This document shows, piece after piece, positions 1-8,619 of a stretch of 32,000 nucleotides of DNA. The notes beneath the pieces are model-generated. The model was not told the DNA's origin, did not search any database, and was given only the letters and a program-made list of their open reading frames with translations. Each line of letters starts with the position of its first letter. The first letter of the stretch is position 1. Origin of the DNA: Acaryochloris marina S15 (lineage in GTDB: Bacteria; Cyanobacteriota; Cyanobacteriia; Thermosynechococcales; Thermosynechococcaceae); NCBI RefSeq assembly GCF_018336915.1, contig NZ_CP064923.1, positions 3,690,001 through 3,722,000 on the forward strand. The letters run 5' to 3'. The position numbers were made by a program, and so were the translations under genes.

Positions 1-561
1 CGTACCCAGTTCCTGATTGCCTCTCCATTGGAGAATAGTGATATTATCGCCAATGCCTTTGATGGCAATGGCGGTAACATCACCATCAATACTGAAGGTA
101 TTTTCGGCTTTGCCTCCCGAGAAACAGTCACTCCCTTTAGCGATATTACGGCCAGCTCCCAACAAGGGATTAGTGGTGTTGTTGACATCAATAGCCCTGA
201 AGTTGATCCCAGTCAAAGCCTAATTGAGCTACCAGCTGTCGTCCAACCACCAGAGGACATCGCTCAAGGGTGCCGACCTGGACAAACCTTAGGAGGCAGT
301 TCTTTTAGCCATGTTGGTCGAGGAGGACTACCCTCGGGTCCCAGTCGATACTTAACACCCCATACAGTATGGCAAGATCTCAGACCCCATCAGCAGATCC
401 GTGTTAGTGCTGTTGGCAATCATCAAAATAAGCCGACAGCCGTTAAACCCCAACCTCAGCTCATTGAGGCCAAAGGATGGACTCAAGATTCTCAAGGCCG
501 TATTCATTTAACTGCCGCCACGGCACAACCCCATCCCCCCAATGAAGCAAACTGTAGCTAG
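1..561 (+). CDS. C-terminal fragment of a large filamentous-haemagglutinin-like (TpsA-type) exoprotein; 5' end lies outside the window
   Basis: Frame 1 is open from base 1 (RTQFLIASPLENS...) to TAG 559-561. GNGGNITINTEG beta-helix-type repeat, then SDITASS..GISGVVDINSPEVDPSQSLIELP and GRGGLP motifs that I recall from C-termini of cyanobacterial haemagglutinin-family proteins. Recognition is from memory only. Confidence 0.55.
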   Translation, partial: RTQFLIASPLENSDIIANAFDGNGGNITINTEGIFGFASRETVTPFSDITASSQQGISGVVDINSPEVDPSQSLIELPAVVQPPEDIAQGCRPGQTLGGSSFSHVGRGGLPSGPSRYLTPHTVWQDLRPHQQIRVSAVGNHQNKPTAVKPQPQLIEAKGWTQDSQGRIHLTAATAQPHPPNEANCS

Positions 562-1493
562 GTTAATTGAAAGTGGGACTCGCCCCCATGCTCAATCCAG
601 CCATAAATCATGCCAGAGGTAGAATGGCCTGCACCGCATCGACCCTGAGCATCGACAACGATCACGCCCCCTAAGCCTTTGACCTTGGACACCAAATACT
701 CCATCCCAGCCTGAGCGGATTGAGAAGCATCCAGGGATTGAAAGAAAATATAGTCTGAAATCGTTTTAGCCAGTACAGTCCGCATAAACTGCTCTCCATA
801 CCCCGTTGCCGAAACTGCACAGGTATCATTGTCTGCAAATACACCCGCACCAATAATCGGCGAGTCTCCCACTCGCCCCCAGCGTTTATTAACAATCCCA
901 CCTGTTGAAGTGGCTGCCGCCAGATTCCCCTCTAGGTCAAAGGCCGTAGCTCCGACTGTGCCAAACTTGCGTTGTGGTTCTTGTTCAATATCTTCATGAT
1001 CAAGCACCATCTTGCCCGCCTTTTTAGCCTCTTGGAACTGTTTGACTCGGGACTCGATCACAAAATAGTCATCGGGTAGGCATTCCACTCCCCATAATTC
1101 CGCAAATTCCATTGCCCCATGGCCCACCAACATCACATGTTCACTTTTATTGAGCACAAGGCGGGCTAGAGAAATGGGGTTTTTGATATTTTTGATGCCC
1201 GTAATCGCTCCTGCAGCCAGATCTTGGCCATTCATGATGGCCGCATCCATCTCCACTTCGCCATACTCATTGAGGACAGAGCCACGTCCAGCGTTATACA
1301 GCGGATCATCTTCTAGCAAGCTGACGCAATGCTCGACCACATCTAGGGCGGAAGCGCCCTGCTTCAGCTTTTGGCGTCCCTGTTCCAAGATGCCAGAGAT
1401 ACTTTGGGCAAATTCTTCTTCGTTTCCTTCTGCTTGAATATGTTGAAGGGCACCTGCGCCCCCATGAATCATTAAGGAGTATTGGGTAGACAT
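558..1493 (-). CDS. isoaspartyl peptidase / plant-type L-asparaginase (Ntn hydrolase)
   Basis: 311-aa ORF. N-terminal IHGGAG, autoprocessing/nucleophile context KFGTVGATAFD, then DSPIIGAGVFAD and GLGGVIVVD, all typical of the IaaA/asparaginase-2 family. Confidence 0.85.
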   Translation of the reverse strand: MSTQYSLMIHGGAGALQHIQAEGNEEEFAQSISGILEQGRQKLKQGASALDVVEHCVSLLEDDPLYNAGRGSVLNEYGEVEMDAAIMNGQDLAAGAITGIKNIKNPISLARLVLNKSEHVMLVGHGAMEFAELWGVECLPDDYFVIESRVKQFQEAKKAGKMVLDHEDIEQEPQRKFGTVGATAFDLEGNLAAATSTGGIVNKRWGRVGDSPIIGAGVFADNDTCAVSATGYGEQFMRTVLAKTISDYIFFQSLDASQSAQAGMEYLVSKVKGLGGVIVVDAQGRCGAGHSTSGMIYGWIEHGGESHFQLT

Positions 1494-1548
1494 GATGGGG
1501 GAGAACGGGGGACTAAAAGGTAATCACTTGATTCCATAGACGAGAGCG

Positions 1549-1571
1549 CCATGAGGGGAGCAACCTCATGG
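1549..1571. repeat. perfect 8-bp-stem hairpin (CCATGAGG / CCTCATGG, 7-nt loop) flanked by 9-bp direct repeats TCCATAGAC (1533-1541, 1574-1582)
   Basis: Read directly from the sequence in the spacer between the ATP-grasp A 3' end and the asparaginase start. Confidence 0.8.
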
Positions 1572-1655
1572 GATCCATAGACAGAATCTGTTGCCAAGCT
1601 TGAACCCTATTCTCGCAACAAATGGTTAGTCTAGACCAGATTTATATAGGGGCAA

Positions 1656-2750
1656 TCAAAGACGTTGCTTCAACTGTTCTCTCAAATGATTTTGCTGTTC
1701 TGGTGTTCCCGCTAGCAAAATAACCAGTTTGCCAATCAAGATACTGCCCCAATTCACAATGACGATGCCTTGCTGGGACTGGGAGTCGTATTCAATATCG
1801 GTCAAATCTAGCTGATGTAATGAGCGGGCAGAGGTAACAAAGGTTTGGCTGGTCCAGCTAGAGATATTGAGTTTATGAGCGATTCCCGTCGGATAGGAGG
1901 CTCCATTGAACCGTGGATTGCATTCAATGGCCAAATAGCATGGCCCTTCTTCCCTTTCCGCTACCGCAACATCAAAGGCAAAAATATCTTTCATTCCCTG
2001 CTGTCCCATCCATTGGGCCATGGGGTCAACCACGTCCCAAGGTTGATGAATCGTCGGATAGCGGTTACCACTGTGGGCACAGCCATCTAAAATTTGCTCT
2101 GAGGCAGCCAAAGGCTTTACCCCTTCAGATGTCACTTGGTACTGCAAATTCAAAAAACTCGTGGCTCTCACCTCTTCCTGGATCTGGAAAGGCATATAGT
2201 CTGGTAGTCCTTGTAATGCCGATACCAGTTGAGGCTCATCTTCACACCGAACAATCCCCACACCGTCGACCGAAATAGAGGGTTTGAGATAACAAGGATA
2301 AGGAATATCAGCGTCTAAATCGATGGCTGACTTGTCATCAAAACACAGGGTTTGGGGTACAGTCACTCCCAAGGTATGGGCCAAGTCCATAAAGTTGTTC
2401 TTGGAATTCACGTAATCAACTACGCCATACCAGTTTTGGTCGAGCTGTCGACATTGTTCAGCATAGGAACTTTCCTGATTGACCGCATCACCAAAGTAGA
2501 AAACGGACCGCTCTAGTTCGGGATTCTCAGCAATGCGACTCAGAGAAATGTCCCAAACCACCTGATGAGTATGAGGAAGACCCATTCGGCGATAGTGCTC
2601 CGTGATCGCCTGCCATTCTGATTTCAGCTCGGGGTGGAGCTGAATGACATCATCGGGTTCCGTCAGTCCTAGCACACGCCCGGAATACAGATAGTTGCCC
2701 TGCACTTGCTCATGGGTGCAGTTCATAATGTCATGATTGAAAATTTTCAT
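1656..2750 (-). CDS. ATP-grasp domain protein, uncharacterised family (paralog A)
   Basis: ATP-grasp motifs YPCYLKPS, FQIQEEV, LAIECNPRFNGASYP. The track ORF starts at TTG 2801, but ATG 2750 (MKIFNHDI, preceded by AGAGGA) matches the start of paralog B exactly, so I use 2750. Confidence 0.8.
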   Translation of the reverse strand: MKIFNHDIMNCTHEQVQGNYLYSGRVLGLTEPDDVIQLHPELKSEWQAITEHYRRMGLPHTHQVVWDISLSRIAENPELERSVFYFGDAVNQESSYAEQCRQLDQNWYGVVDYVNSKNNFMDLAHTLGVTVPQTLCFDDKSAIDLDADIPYPCYLKPSISVDGVGIVRCEDEPQLVSALQGLPDYMPFQIQEEVRATSFLNLQYQVTSEGVKPLAASEQILDGCAHSGNRYPTIHQPWDVVDPMAQWMGQQGMKDIFAFDVAVAEREEGPCYLAIECNPRFNGASYPTGIAHKLNISSWTSQTFVTSARSLHQLDLTDIEYDSQSQQGIVIVNWGSILIGKLVILLAGTPEQQNHLREQLKQRL

Positions 2751-3518
2751 ACAGTTAGTTCCTCTGTTGTGTTCCGTTGGGATTGGGGTGCGATCGCACA
2801 ATCAATGCGACAATCCAAAATTCCTTAAATTTGTAGGACTTATGAAGCGTAAATAGAACATTGCTCGTATCAGCACTAAACAAGCTAAAGAGGTAACGAA
2901 CAATTAGATCAACAACCTATTTTGATGATTCATAAAAACAAAAAATATGCGAAAAACGCATTGGAGTTTGCATCGGTACTTATGAAGCGATTATATGCAA
3001 GACAAGAAGATGGTTTTTAGATTTAACAAACAATAGCACAAACATTATTTATTTCATTTTTTCAAATTTAATGATCTCTAAATGAAGCAAGGAAGATTAA
3101 TTGTCTTAAAGCTTTTGAATATTTTTAATCTATGTTTTATTGGATTCAGTCAATGCCTATCATTCCTTTCTAGCAAAGGATTATGAAGATATCTATTACC
3201 TTTTCTCTTGTAAGAAAGAGAAATTAGATTCTTTCCTTATCATGAGCAGAGATAATCATTTTTCTGGATAATTATGCTATTTGTGCATGAGTAAATGATT
3301 TATGCATTGTTTTCTATTGATCAATAAATTTACAAGTGATTTACCAAGATTAATTAATACATAACTTTCAAAAAAGGATTGTCAATAAGCCAACAAATTA
3401 GACTACTCTACGTAAAGAGTCTTTATAAAAAATCTTATTTTTCTAGTCACCTAATATCTTTCATAAGAAAAACCGATTTGAATTGTCATTTATAAGGCCT
3501 ACCCGCTTTTTATAGATA

Positions 3519-4676
3519 ATGAAAATATTTAATCACGACATTCAGACCAGTACCCATGAAGCCGTTGGAGGCACTCATCTTTATTCAGGTAGAGTGCTCG
3601 GACTGTCTGAGCCAGGCGATATCGTCCAAATCCATCCAGCTCTAAAATCTGAATGGCAGGCGATCTGTGATCATTATCTGCAGATTGGCTTAAGTCATTC
3701 TCAGAACGTGGTTTGGAATCTATCTCTAGAGCATTTACAAATCTGTGAAGACTATGAGCCCTCTGTCTATTTATTTGGTGACGCAGTCCATACAAACAGT
3801 GCCCATGCTCAGCTTTATCGAGCAATGGATGCCTCCTGGTTCAAGGTGGTTGAATTCATCAACTCCAAAAACAATTTCATGCACCTGGCTCAGATGCTAA
3901 ACATGGCAGTTCCCCCCACAGCTTGTTTTCATAGCTCTGATGGGATGCAATCTCTGGATGAGTTGGCCTATCCTTGCTATTTCAAACCATCCGTCTCTGA
4001 CAGTGGCTTTGGTATTGTGCGCTGTACTGACCCTAGACAACTGGCAGCCACCCTACTGGAATTGGGTAATCAGATTCCCTACCAAGTGCAAACAGAAGTT
4101 GCCACATCAACCTTTATCAACCTGCAGTATCAAATCACTGACCATGGGGTCAGGCACCTATTAGCCACCGAACAAATTTTGAACGGCTGTGTGCATGGTG
4201 GTAACCGCTATCCCACCCTCCATCAACCTTGGTCACTGTTCGATCCAATGTCAGAATGGCTAGCCCAGCAAGGCATGAAAGGGTTATTTGCTTTTGATGC
4301 AGCAGTGGTCCAGACGGGCCAAACCGTAGAATATTTAGCCATCGAATGCAATCCCCGATTTAATGGGTCTTCCTATCCGACTTTGATTGCCGAAAAATTA
4401 AACATTTCCCAATGGAGTAGCGAAACCCTTGAGACTCACCATCACTCTTTAGCAGACATTGATTTGCAAGGGTTAGAGTTCAATCCTCAGACGGGAACCG
4501 GGGTTATTGTGATCAACTGGGGAACCGTTCTGGTTGGCAAAGTCAGTGTTTTACTAGCAGGTACAACCCAACAACAAGTTGAGTTAAAACAGCATCTGCA
4601 ACAACGCCTGGTTGATCCAAAGCAGTTATCCATCTCTAGACAAGCCCTTACTGATCGGGAACCCGCCCGAATTTAG
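3519..4676 (+). CDS. ATP-grasp domain protein, uncharacterised family (paralog B)
   Basis: 385-aa ORF starting MKIFNHDI. YPCYFKPS, YQVQTEV, LAIECNPRFNGSSYP. Collinear with paralog A over the full length, with an extra ~21-aa C-terminal tail. Confidence 0.8.
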   Translation: MKIFNHDIQTSTHEAVGGTHLYSGRVLGLSEPGDIVQIHPALKSEWQAICDHYLQIGLSHSQNVVWNLSLEHLQICEDYEPSVYLFGDAVHTNSAHAQLYRAMDASWFKVVEFINSKNNFMHLAQMLNMAVPPTACFHSSDGMQSLDELAYPCYFKPSVSDSGFGIVRCTDPRQLAATLLELGNQIPYQVQTEVATSTFINLQYQITDHGVRHLLATEQILNGCVHGGNRYPTLHQPWSLFDPMSEWLAQQGMKGLFAFDAAVVQTGQTVEYLAIECNPRFNGSSYPTLIAEKLNISQWSSETLETHHHSLADIDLQGLEFNPQTGTGVIVINWGTVLVGKVSVLLAGTTQQQVELKQHLQQRLVDPKQLSISRQALTDREPARI

Positions 4677-4956
4677 GACTTCTTAACTCATCAAAATTTC
4701 TTTTGCATAGTACCCATGGATATGAGAGCTTTGCAGAGATTTCAGGGCGACTGTGAGAAGATAAGCAAAGTTAGCGATACATTACTCAGGCTTCTTCCTC
4801 AACAAAGCCTGTAGACTGATACTGCTGACAACCGGAAGGATGGAGTCTATGGACTGTGTTTAAGTCATTGATCCTAGGAGAGAATCAAGTTGCGATCGCA
4901 CCTCGCACCATAGGTCTACCTAATCCACAGAACCGTTAACGAGGATCATCCATATT

Positions 4957-5607
4957 GTGTTTGACTTGCCAGAATATCTAAAATTAGTGGCGGGTCTCGC
5001 ATCAATCGTTAATCCTATAGGCGTTATTCCTATTTTTCTAAGCCTGACAGAGGGGCAAGGCTCAAGCCAGAGGCGGCTCATTGCCTTTCAATCTTTTATG
5101 GCTTTAAACATTATTCTGTTAGTTGCCCTCGTTGCAGGGGAAGCTATTCTGAGCTTTTTTAGTATTAGCCTACCGTCCTTCCGAGTCGCAGGCGGCTTAT
5201 TAATCCTGTTAACCGCATTATCCATGTTGCGGGCTGAAACCATTGAGTCGCGTCAGCTCACAGAGACAGGCACGGTAGACCCAAATGAACCACCGACATT
5301 ACCGGATGCCCCTGTTGCTGTCGTCCCCATTGCCATTCCCCTACTCGGCGGTCCTGGTGCTATTAGCACTGTGATTGTTTATGCTCACACCCAAGAATCC
5401 ATAGAACATACGATTCTGATTGGCTTGGTGATTCTGAGTGTATCTGTAATCGCCTTGGTGGGCTTACTCGTTGCTCCGCTGATGGATACTGTAATGGGTA
5501 AAACAGGCATGAACGTGATTAGTCGAGTGATGGGATTAATCATCACCGCTATTTCTATAGAGTTCATTGCCGATGGCGTCAAAGAACTCCTCCCTGGACT
5601 GGGCTAA
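4957..5607 (+). CDS. MarC-family (UPF0056/NAAT) integral membrane protein
   Basis: 216 aa, GTG start, about 6 hydrophobic segments. N-terminal VNPIGVIPIFLSLTEG motif is typical of the MarC family. Confidence 0.7.
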   Translation: MFDLPEYLKLVAGLASIVNPIGVIPIFLSLTEGQGSSQRRLIAFQSFMALNIILLVALVAGEAILSFFSISLPSFRVAGGLLILLTALSMLRAETIESRQLTETGTVDPNEPPTLPDAPVAVVPIAIPLLGGPGAISTVIVYAHTQESIEHTILIGLVILSVSVIALVGLLVAPLMDTVMGKTGMNVISRVMGLIITAISIEFIADGVKELLPGLG

Positions 5608-5745
5608 ATAGAAAGAGTGAGCATTCATCTATAAAACTTCCCATTTCGCCTGCATTAACGCATTGAGCATTGCTATTTGATTTGCAAAGTTCAAAAATTT
5701 TTAGCTGATTGTTAGAGTTTGCTAGTGATTAGGCAACACTAGGGG

Positions 5746-8613
5746 ATGACGAGACCTAAGACACTCTGGGTCAGTAGCCACCATTGTGTCAATTCTTGCA
5801 GCCCTCTAGGCTTATATATGATTCAAAGAGCAGGACGATCCAGCCAAGAACAACTTGTAAGAATCCAGACTCTGATGGCAGGATTGCTGGATCAAGACCA
5901 AGTTGAGTCTTTAGTCGGTTGTGTCTTAACGTTTCTGCAATCTGAGCTGGACTATCCACTATTGTGGATTGCCAAGTATGACGCCAACCAATCTGAGTTA
6001 ATCGGATTGAGTGGTGGTTTGCCCCACGCAGATTCCACCGCCTTTAGTCAGCGCTATCCAGTCCTTCCAGGAGATTTGTTTGATCAAGCCTTGCTGACCC
6101 GGAACCCCATCGAGGTGATGAATCTCCAAGAAGAAGGTCGAGTCGGTAAATGGCAAAAACTGGCTCAGCGTTTTGATATTCAAGGGGCTATTCTTTACCC
6201 CATTCAATACCGGAAAGAATGTGTAGGTCTTTTATTATTAGGGTCTGCCCATTGGGGTAGAAATCCACGCACCGAAGAAAGTACTTTGCTATCCCTAGTC
6301 ACTCATTCCCTAGGGGCAGCCTTTAATCGATTGAGCCAGCAGGAGACAGTTGAGCCCGTTTCCACACCATCTCAACCCCTCGCACATCTGATCAATCAGA
6401 TGAATGTACTTACGGATTGGGATGAACGGGTCAATGTCGTTTTGAGAGCAGCTCAACAGGCCATCGACCCTACCTTTACTGGGTTGTACTGGTTAGATTT
6501 TGAAGAAAACAGCTGCGTCTTAAAAGTAAGCTATCAACCTGGTCAGGGAAGTCGCTTAAACCGAGCCCGACCGATTCGGGCACAAGTCCAAATGGCTGAA
6601 ATTGAGCCTTTTTGCCAAGCCTTATCCCTAGGCCAGATGGTCTCTGTCAGCGAAAGTCAAGGTAGCATGAATGCCAAAGTCCCATTGCGTTTGATGCAGC
6701 AAACTAAATCCCGTTCTTTCCTCTGCGCACCGATTATGGGTAATGGGCAATTGTTAGGATTTTTGTCCGTAGAAGGGAAAGAACCTCGAGTTTGGCAAGA
6801 CCAGGAAAAAAACTTTATCAAAGCTGCAGCCCAATTAATGGGGTTGTCTGCCGTTGCACCAGCTGGGGATAATCCTGTTCACATCTCCTCCCAAACCCAG
6901 ACCTTGATGGGACAGTTCACTCAATTAATGGTGGAATCCAAGGACTGGCCTAAAACCCTCAAGAAGTTGTCAGAGCACCTTTGTCGGCATTTACAAACTC
7001 AACGACTCTTGCTACTCAGCCAGGATGAACACACAGGTGGGTTTCGCCTCGAATATCAGTATCACAGTCCCAAGCTTCGGCCCTTGTTAGAGTCCTTACA
7101 TCCTCTGAGTGATGTGGATAGGCGGATGTTAGAGCGAAACATTGGTGCGATCGCACTCTCGGATCTCGAAGAAGATTTACGATTCCTAGCTTGGCGAGAG
7201 TCACTGATCAGCCAGGGATTGCGTTCTCTATTAGTCTGCCGCACCGTCGCCAATAGTTCGACTCCCCAGACTATCCTAATATTGGGCAATCACCGAACCC
7301 GCACTTGGAAGCCCAAAGAGATCGAATTTTTACAGGAATTTGCCCAAACCCTGGGTACCTTTGAGCAAAAACAGCGAGATCATATTCTTCAGCAAGCTCA
7401 ACTCAAACAATATGACCTCGCCCACAAGGGGCTACAAACCCTGTTAAAGATTGAAGATCCCACGCAACTGATCACCTCTGGCATCGAACTGATCACCCAT
7501 ATTTTTGATGGACCCCTTGCTGCAGGCGTATTGTGGATCCCTGGGCATAACCAAGGAAAGATTGTCTCCTACCATGCAACATCACCCGAATTTGCAATCT
7601 CAGATAGCGAACCGATTCAACTAGATCAAGATCCTCTGTTCACACAACTATTACATTCACTGGATCAACGTCCTAACCCATCTGAATCCACCCTCGAAAT
7701 ATCAGCAAAAAACATCGCCCCAGAGACTCGCATTTGGTTAAATGGTCCAGGGGTAGCTCAAGTCTTTGTGATTCCATTGCAATCGCCTGATTCCCCAACA
7801 CCCTTGGGTGCCATCATTCTTGGGACATCTGAGACTTTCCGCTACAAGACCACTGAACTCAAGCTTATACACACCTTAGTGCAGCAGTTAGGCAGTCGGT
7901 ATCGGTATCTGCGAGAAACCAACTTACTCCAACGACAATGGATGAGTTTAGAGAGTTTAACTTGGTACAAAAACCGATTTTTAGAGACAAACTTAAGCCA
8001 GCTTGCAGATTTACAAAGCCCTGAAGCATTATCGCAAGCAGAGTCCATAGAGACTCAACGCGACTCACACCACGAAGCAATCACTTCCCTCACTACTCTA
8101 CTCAAGACAGAAGATTGGCAACTCAGCCTCGCCCAAGATTCTATTCCCCTGGCTAGTATTCTGCGACGCTGCATGGAACAGATAGAACCCCTCGTTCAGT
8201 CCAGACAATTATGGACCCAAATTCATAACTTGACGTCCAATACCACCCTTACAGGAACCAGCAACAAGTTAGAACTCGTCCTCTACGAATTATTGGTAGC
8301 AGCTTGTCAGCGTTCTAAACCAGGCGATCGGATTGATATTTGGTGTCGCCTGATCAATGCTAAATGGGTTGAACTTTCTATCACCGATCATGGTGAACTC
8401 AGCCCCAAATTCATCCAAGACTTTCAAACTGCAAAGACCCGCGATTTATTATTGCCCAGCCTATTAGATAAGGGGCCGGGCCGACATCTAAACGCATGCC
8501 AATCCATCATCGAATTGCTAGGTGGCCGAATGGAAATCGCCCAGCTCGAAGACGAGAGGATTCTCAGTCGGCTGACCTTACCTCAACAGATGAAAGGGAA
8601 CAGGCCTAACTGA
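5746..8613 (+). CDS. multi-GAF-domain sensor histidine kinase-like protein
   Basis: 955-aa ORF. Repeated GAF-like blocks (e.g. LLGFLSVEGKEPRVWQDQEKNFIKAAAQ; ILILGNHRTRTWKPKEIEFLQEFAQ). C-terminal HATPase-like region (LVLYELLVAAC.., SITDHG, GPGRHLNACQSIIELLGGRMEI). Atypical H-box SHHEAITSL. Start is ambiguous (ATG 5746 or ATG 5818). Confidence 0.6.
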   Translation: MTRPKTLWVSSHHCVNSCSPLGLYMIQRAGRSSQEQLVRIQTLMAGLLDQDQVESLVGCVLTFLQSELDYPLLWIAKYDANQSELIGLSGGLPHADSTAFSQRYPVLPGDLFDQALLTRNPIEVMNLQEEGRVGKWQKLAQRFDIQGAILYPIQYRKECVGLLLLGSAHWGRNPRTEESTLLSLVTHSLGAAFNRLSQQETVEPVSTPSQPLAHLINQMNVLTDWDERVNVVLRAAQQAIDPTFTGLYWLDFEENSCVLKVSYQPGQGSRLNRARPIRAQVQMAEIEPFCQALSLGQMVSVSESQGSMNAKVPLRLMQQTKSRSFLCAPIMGNGQLLGFLSVEGKEPRVWQDQEKNFIKAAAQLMGLSAVAPAGDNPVHISSQTQTLMGQFTQLMVESKDWPKTLKKLSEHLCRHLQTQRLLLLSQDEHTGGFRLEYQYHSPKLRPLLESLHPLSDVDRRMLERNIGAIALSDLEEDLRFLAWRESLISQGLRSLLVCRTVANSSTPQTILILGNHRTRTWKPKEIEFLQEFAQTLGTFEQKQRDHILQQAQLKQYDLAHKGLQTLLKIEDPTQLITSGIELITHIFDGPLAAGVLWIPGHNQGKIVSYHATSPEFAISDSEPIQLDQDPLFTQLLHSLDQRPNPSESTLEISAKNIAPETRIWLNGPGVAQVFVIPLQSPDSPTPLGAIILGTSETFRYKTTELKLIHTLVQQLGSRYRYLRETNLLQRQWMSLESLTWYKNRFLETNLSQLADLQSPEALSQAESIETQRDSHHEAITSLTTLLKTEDWQLSLAQDSIPLASILRRCMEQIEPLVQSRQLWTQIHNLTSNTTLTGTSNKLELVLYELLVAACQRSKPGDRIDIWCRLINAKWVELSITDHGELSPKFIQDFQTAKTRDLLLPSLLDKGPGRHLNACQSIIELLGGRMEIAQLEDERILSRLTLPQQMKGNRPN

Positions 8614-8619
8614 GCCACC

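Noticed and set aside
2751-2801. N-terminal extensions offered by the ORF track: ATP-grasp A from TTG 2801, psbC from 13471, ycf4 from GTG 14991, trhO from 19515
   Set aside because: In each case an internal ATG reproduces the N-terminus of the paralog or of the family as I know it (MKIFNHDI; MKTSSSLRR; MTTQK..RRFSNY; MSEFLTVAFYKF). The extra residues have no counterpart.
2833-3502. 10-bp inverted repeat near the edges of the AT-rich block (GTAGGACTTA 2833-2842 against TAAGGCCTAC 3493-3502, 9/10), considered as termini of an inserted element
   Set aside because: It is short and imperfect, does not extend, and has no flanking target duplication. It is easily expected by chance in 700 bp.
4716-4814. 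32-aa ORF (MDMRALQRFQGDCEKISKVSDTLLRLLPQQSL) and hairpin CAGGCTT/AAGCCTG (4787-4811) downstream of ATP-grasp B
   Set aside because: The ORF has no ribosome-binding site or motif. The hairpin has only a 7-bp stem, an 11-nt loop and no T-tract. I note it as a possible weak 3' structure for ATP-grasp B, but it is not supportable as a feature.
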